A stretch of DNA of 20,000 bases from an uncultured virus (IMG/VR IMGVR_UViG_3300046314_000298) (taxonomy: Duplodnaviria > Heunggongvirae > Uroviricota > Caudoviricetes). Every line of letters starts with the position of its first letter. Position 1 is the stretch's first letter. The notes under the pieces were generated by a model that ran no database searches, was not told where the DNA came from, and saw only the letters and a program-made list of their open reading frames with translations. The DNA is taken from IMG/VR virus record IMGVR_UViG_3300046314_000298; one strand, given 5' to 3'. Of the stretch, positions 16,107-20,000 are shown piece after piece. The position numbers and the translations under genes are program-made.

Positions 16107-16143
16107 ATACACACCAGCCTCACAAGGGCTGGTGTGTATTTTA
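16107..16143 (+). terminator. Hairpin / Rho-independent terminator
   Basis: 13-bp stem ATACACACCAGCC / GGCTGGTGTGTAT followed by a T-rich run. Confidence 0.75.
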
Positions 16144-16184
16144 TTATGTATTTTTATTTTATGTTTATGAAAGATACATAAAAA

Positions 16185-18317
16185 ATGACCATACTTTTTG
16201 CTGATGACTGGAAAAGTTATCCAGATGCTATCGTAGATGACAGAACGAACAACAAGTCGTTTGTTAGAATGGCTGCCATGTATAGAGACATGGGTATTAA
16301 AAACCATGCCTTCCCTTTGGCTTTACATAACCCAAGATTACAAGGTATAGATCCATACGACTACAGTAGTTTGACTGTAGAGATAATGGCTGATATACTT
16401 TTTGAATGTAAGAGTAACTATTGGTACTACTTAAGAGAGATAGCCAGGGCACCTGGTGGTGCAGTAGATGATCCTATCGTTTACAGAGCCAATAGAGGTG
16501 GTATAGCTTTACCGTGGTTGTTCTTTAACCACATGACTCTATTCTTGATACAGCCTCGTCAAACAGGTAAGTCTTTCTCTTCTGACGTATTAGATGCTTA
16601 TTTGTTAAACATAGGCATGACCCATGGTAAGATTAATCTACTTACCAAAGACGATAAGCTCAGATCAGCTAACTTGATACGTCTTAAAGACATCATAGAT
16701 GAACTACCTTTCTATCTTAACATGCGTAAGAAAGGTGATATAGCCAACACTGATAAGTTAATAGTCGGTAATCTGGACAACTCCTATGAAGGTCATTTAC
16801 CTAACAAGTCGCCTAAAGCTGCTTTGAACGTAGGTCGTGGTCTTACATCACCTATTTTTAAAGTAGATGAGATCGCTTTCTTATACAACGTAGGTATTAC
16901 TTTACCAGCAGCTTTGGCTTCTACCACAGCTGCTCGTGCTTTGGCTAAAAGAAAACATGAACCTTACGGAAACGTATTTACCACAACAGCTGGTAAAAAA
17001 GACGATCCGGATGGTAAGTACGCTCATGAGCTAATGGCTGGTAGTGCTTTATGGTCTGAGAAGTTATTGGATTGTGTAAACATAGATGATCTATACAGAA
17101 CAGTTAGAAAGAACTCTCCTAAGGGAGAAGCTCGTGTTAACTGTACGTTTAGCCATAGGCAGCTAGGTTATACAGATGATTGGTTAAGAGAGACTCTTGA
17201 GATCACTGGTGCTAAAGGTGAGGATGCTGACAGAGACTTCTTTAACAAATGGACCTCTGGTAGCATCACTTCTCCTTTTACAGTGGAACAATCTGAGAAA
17301 ATAAGAAACTCCCAGAGATTAGATTACTACAGTGAGATGTCTAGTAAGTTTGGTTACATCACCAGGTGGTATATACCTGAGAATGAAATCAACATGAGAA
17401 TGGCTAGAGGTCATTACTCTATGGCTCTTGATACCAGTGATGCAGCTGGTGGGGATGATATAGCTCTTACCATGAGAGATGTACAGACAGGTGAGGTAGT
17501 AGCTGTAGGTAACTACAATGAGACCAACCTGATACTATTTGCTCAATGGTTGGTGGAGTGGTTTGTTCGGTTTGAGAACTTCACTTGTATTATAGAAAGA
17601 AGATCTTCTGGATCTGCTATTATAGATTACTTGTTATTGATGCTGCCTGGCAAAGGAATAAATCCTTTCAAAAGACTCTATAACAAAGTCGTACAGCTGT
17701 CTGTGGAGAATCCGGGTCCTCTGAATCGCATAGAGAAGTTATTAAGATATAACCTATTGGCTTTACCTGATCTACTTATAGAACATAAGAAAGATTTTGG
17801 TTTTGCTACTTCAGCTTCTGGTATGACAAGCAGATCTGATCTTTATAGCAATACCTTACAGAACGCTACCAGACTTACAGCTGATAGTGTACGTGATGTG
17901 ATGTTGATAGATCAGATGTTGTCTTTGGTTATTAAAAACAGTAGGGTGGATCATGCTGATGGTTCACATGACGACTTGGTTATCACTTGGATATTGTCAT
18001 TTTGGCTTATCAGTAAGGGTACAGGGTTAACCTACTACGGTATGAATCCCAAAGATATCCTTATAGACAACAGACAAAACAATCAGGACAACGATCCAGC
18101 TAAGTTAAGACAGCAACACCAGCAAGCTCAGCTTCGTATATCTATCGAGAACACAGTGGACGAGATCCGAAAAGAAAAAGATCCGTACATTATCCATCGC
18201 TTAGAGCAGAAGTTAAGACATTTGGCTGTGAGTCTTACTGATGAGGATAAGAAAGTCCTGTCTGTGGATGAGCTGATACAGAACATCAGAGACAGTAAAA
18301 GATACAAAAAAATATAG
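16185..18317 (+). CDS. terL: Terminase large subunit (phiKZ gp25 type)
   Basis: Walker A QPRQTGKS; Walker B FKVDEIAF; motif III TTTAG; RNase H-like nuclease motifs ALDTSDA, IERRSSG and HDDLVI; characteristic ILFxxDW...TxNxSF N-terminus; 710 aa. Confidence 0.93.
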   Translation: MTILFADDWKSYPDAIVDDRTNNKSFVRMAAMYRDMGIKNHAFPLALHNPRLQGIDPYDYSSLTVEIMADILFECKSNYWYYLREIARAPGGAVDDPIVYRANRGGIALPWLFFNHMTLFLIQPRQTGKSFSSDVLDAYLLNIGMTHGKINLLTKDDKLRSANLIRLKDIIDELPFYLNMRKKGDIANTDKLIVGNLDNSYEGHLPNKSPKAALNVGRGLTSPIFKVDEIAFLYNVGITLPAALASTTAARALAKRKHEPYGNVFTTTAGKKDDPDGKYAHELMAGSALWSEKLLDCVNIDDLYRTVRKNSPKGEARVNCTFSHRQLGYTDDWLRETLEITGAKGEDADRDFFNKWTSGSITSPFTVEQSEKIRNSQRLDYYSEMSSKFGYITRWYIPENEINMRMARGHYSMALDTSDAAGGDDIALTMRDVQTGEVVAVGNYNETNLILFAQWLVEWFVRFENFTCIIERRSSGSAIIDYLLLMLPGKGINPFKRLYNKVVQLSVENPGPLNRIEKLLRYNLLALPDLLIEHKKDFGFATSASGMTSRSDLYSNTLQNATRLTADSVRDVMLIDQMLSLVIKNSRVDHADGSHDDLVITWILSFWLISKGTGLTYYGMNPKDILIDNRQNNQDNDPAKLRQQHQQAQLRISIENTVDEIRKEKDPYIIHRLEQKLRHLAVSLTDEDKKVLSVDELIQNIRDSKRYKKI

Positions 18318-18326
18318 AACACAAGA

Positions 18327-18355
18327 CTCTACTCACCCCAAAAGGGTGAGTAGAG
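18327..18355. terminator. Hairpin between convergent genes (bidirectional terminator candidate)
   Basis: 12-bp perfect stem CTCTACTCACCC / GGGTGAGTAGAG. Confidence 0.75.
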
Positions 18356-18383
18356 CTATGTGCTTAACTTTTAAAACATCTTT

Positions 18384-19559
18384 TTAAAACATCTCAGCTT
18401 TCATGAGGTCGATTTGGAGTTCGATGGACTTGTAGTCTTCATCCCCAATGGTGGAATCTACCACATACCCACGAGGGGTGATGGCCAAGTTTACAACATG
18501 TTCGTGCGCAAGACGAATCAAGCGCATAGACCAGAAGTAATCATCCGTCATGTTAGTGAGGATGGTCTTGAAGGTACGACCGTGTGCACGGAAGTACTTG
18601 GTATTGATACTACCGTTGATTTTGTGTTGAACAAACCGCACGTAATCTCGGAAGTTTTCAACATCATTTTCACGCAGATTACCCTGCTCATCAATCACGT
18701 TGCGTGGTTTGAATTTTCGATTGGGTGAAACAATCGAAGCTTCCGCCAGCTTCATGTTGGTGTACAGGAGTACCAGTTGCTTCAGAGTCAGATCCTTCTC
18801 ATAAATGCGGTTGACTGCATAAGACAGTTGATCGATCACAGAGAACAGAGCATTCTCTGTAGGGATAAGGTCATCGCAGACTTTGTGGAACAACGAAGGT
18901 GCTGACATATAGTCATGACCTTCATTATCCACCCAATAGAAGTCCATGTTCTCCGGATACTCTAGTTTGACATTACCAAAGATACGAGCCAAGATGTCAT
19001 CAGGTCCTTCCACCTTACGCATTCCAATTATAACATATTTTTCAATGTTAGTCGGTATGGTCTTGATAGAGCTGTAAACAACGCAGTTAGCCGTGTTGCT
19101 TTTATAGACAGCAGCAGCCAGCATGGCATCCAAGCTAAAATGGTTATAAACCACACAGACTGCTGGTTTCCGCATCATGTCCACTTTTGGTTGCGGTATT
19201 GGTTTGTCGACGGTAGGTGCTTCCTCAATGTAATCAATCAAGACCACACCAGAAGAAACAGACCGACCGTGTTGATGAATGCCGTTGATCCACCATTCAT
19301 TACGACCGTCGACGTGACCATCGCTATAAATAACCGCCGGACCGTCTGCGCGATGGCGTTCGCCGTTAACCCACCATGCCTTATACCCACCACACGCTTC
19401 TTCAACAGCTGGGCCATCTATGCGATGTCGTTTACCATGACGATACCAAGCTTTGAAACCGCTTGTCATTTCAACAGCCGGACCGTCTTCTCTGTGATAT
19501 TCCCCATTCTGATACCAATGAACATCACCGTTCGCACTTACAGTTTTTCCGTTTTCCAT
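18384..19559 (-). CDS. HRxDGPA-repeat protein fused to a degenerate DHH-like domain (391 aa)
   Basis: Three W(Y/W)xxGxxHRxDGPAV repeats at the N-terminus. 'VVYNHFSLDAMLAAAVY' resembles DHH phosphoesterase motif I. Confidence 0.65.
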   Translation of the reverse strand: MENGKTVSANGDVHWYQNGEYHREDGPAVEMTSGFKAWYRHGKRHRIDGPAVEEACGGYKAWWVNGERHRADGPAVIYSDGHVDGRNEWWINGIHQHGRSVSSGVVLIDYIEEAPTVDKPIPQPKVDMMRKPAVCVVYNHFSLDAMLAAAVYKSNTANCVVYSSIKTIPTNIEKYVIIGMRKVEGPDDILARIFGNVKLEYPENMDFYWVDNEGHDYMSAPSLFHKVCDDLIPTENALFSVIDQLSYAVNRIYEKDLTLKQLVLLYTNMKLAEASIVSPNRKFKPRNVIDEQGNLRENDVENFRDYVRFVQHKINGSINTKYFRAHGRTFKTILTNMTDDYFWSMRLIRLAHEHVVNLAITPRGYVVDSTIGDEDYKSIELQIDLMKAEMF

Positions 19560-19619
19560 GATACATTCTTTCTTTAATGAGACAGGATTGCCAGATAGAG
19601 TTTAAATGGTTATAAAAGT

Positions 19620-19997
19620 TTACAAACCTATCCAGTCAAAAAGCGTCTGTGATAAATATCCTTCTTTGATTAATTGTAAAGCCTGTTCACAGGCATATCT
19701 TTCTAAGGTACTACTCAGATACTTCTCAGGCTCATTCAGATCCAGGTAGTAATCTATAAGTTCTTTTTGATCTATGTCTAAATTACCTAGATCACTCACT
19801 AACACAGTTTTACACCACTCTGTCACAAATCTCTTACCCACATTAGAGGTAAGTAGACTTTGCACATGAGAAGGTTTTAAAGTACCTGAAACATAAACCA
19901 AAGAAGATTTAACTTCTCCATTAGTCAGAGTCCTATCTCGTATCCACACCCAACCATTTGTAGTAAGCACAAATGAAAAGATATTGTTGTCTTCCAT
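19620..19997 (-). CDS. Hypothetical protein (at least 125 aa; start may lie beyond the window)
   Basis: ORF on the locally coding strand; its upstream context is cut off. Confidence 0.6.
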   Translation of the reverse strand: MEDNNIFSFVLTTNGWVWIRDRTLTNGEVKSSLVYVSGTLKPSHVQSLLTSNVGKRFVTEWCKTVLVSDLGNLDIDQKELIDYYLDLNEPEKYLSSTLERYACEQALQLIKEGYLSQTLFDWIGL

Positions 19998-20000
19998 CGT

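Noticed and set aside
15617..16307. Minus-strand ORFs 15617-16123 and 15972-16307
   Set aside because: Antisense to the plus-strand block; the plus-strand 136-aa ORF has the Shine-Dalgarno and fits the operon.
16185..18317. Intein or intron in the terminase
   Set aside because: A continuous 710-aa ORF of the expected size, with ATPase and nuclease motifs in normal order and no splice motifs seen.
13855..19577. ORFs 13855-14115 (-), 18128-18322 (-), 18414-18728 (+) and 19140-19577 (+)
   Set aside because: Antisense to better-supported genes.

Overview
This window looks like part of a phiKZ-like jumbo bacteriophage genome (probably Chimalliviridae). The main evidence is a phiKZ-type terminase large subunit (16185-18317), a PhuZ/TubZ-type tubulin (11830-12804) and neighbouring phiKZ-like conserved genes. 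From left to right: (i) a minus-strand fibre/tail module (1-6628) with three paralogous HxH-repeat fibre genes sharing an 'MxxxKISxF' N-terminus, plus a four-gene tail-like cassette; (ii) an unannotated mini transcription unit encoding an 18-aa peptide (6733-6789); (iii) accessory genes, including dCTP deaminase and a possible NADAR-like protein; (iv) a run of hypothetical genes downstream of a coupled lytic transglycosylase-PhuZ pair; (v) a ~640-bp structured divergent intergenic region; (vi) a plus-strand block of virion genes and terminase; (vii) a HREDGPA-repeat/DHH-like fusion gene. I saw no tRNA, rRNA, CRISPR array or IS element. Family assignments come from motif recognition by eye and memory, not database searches.
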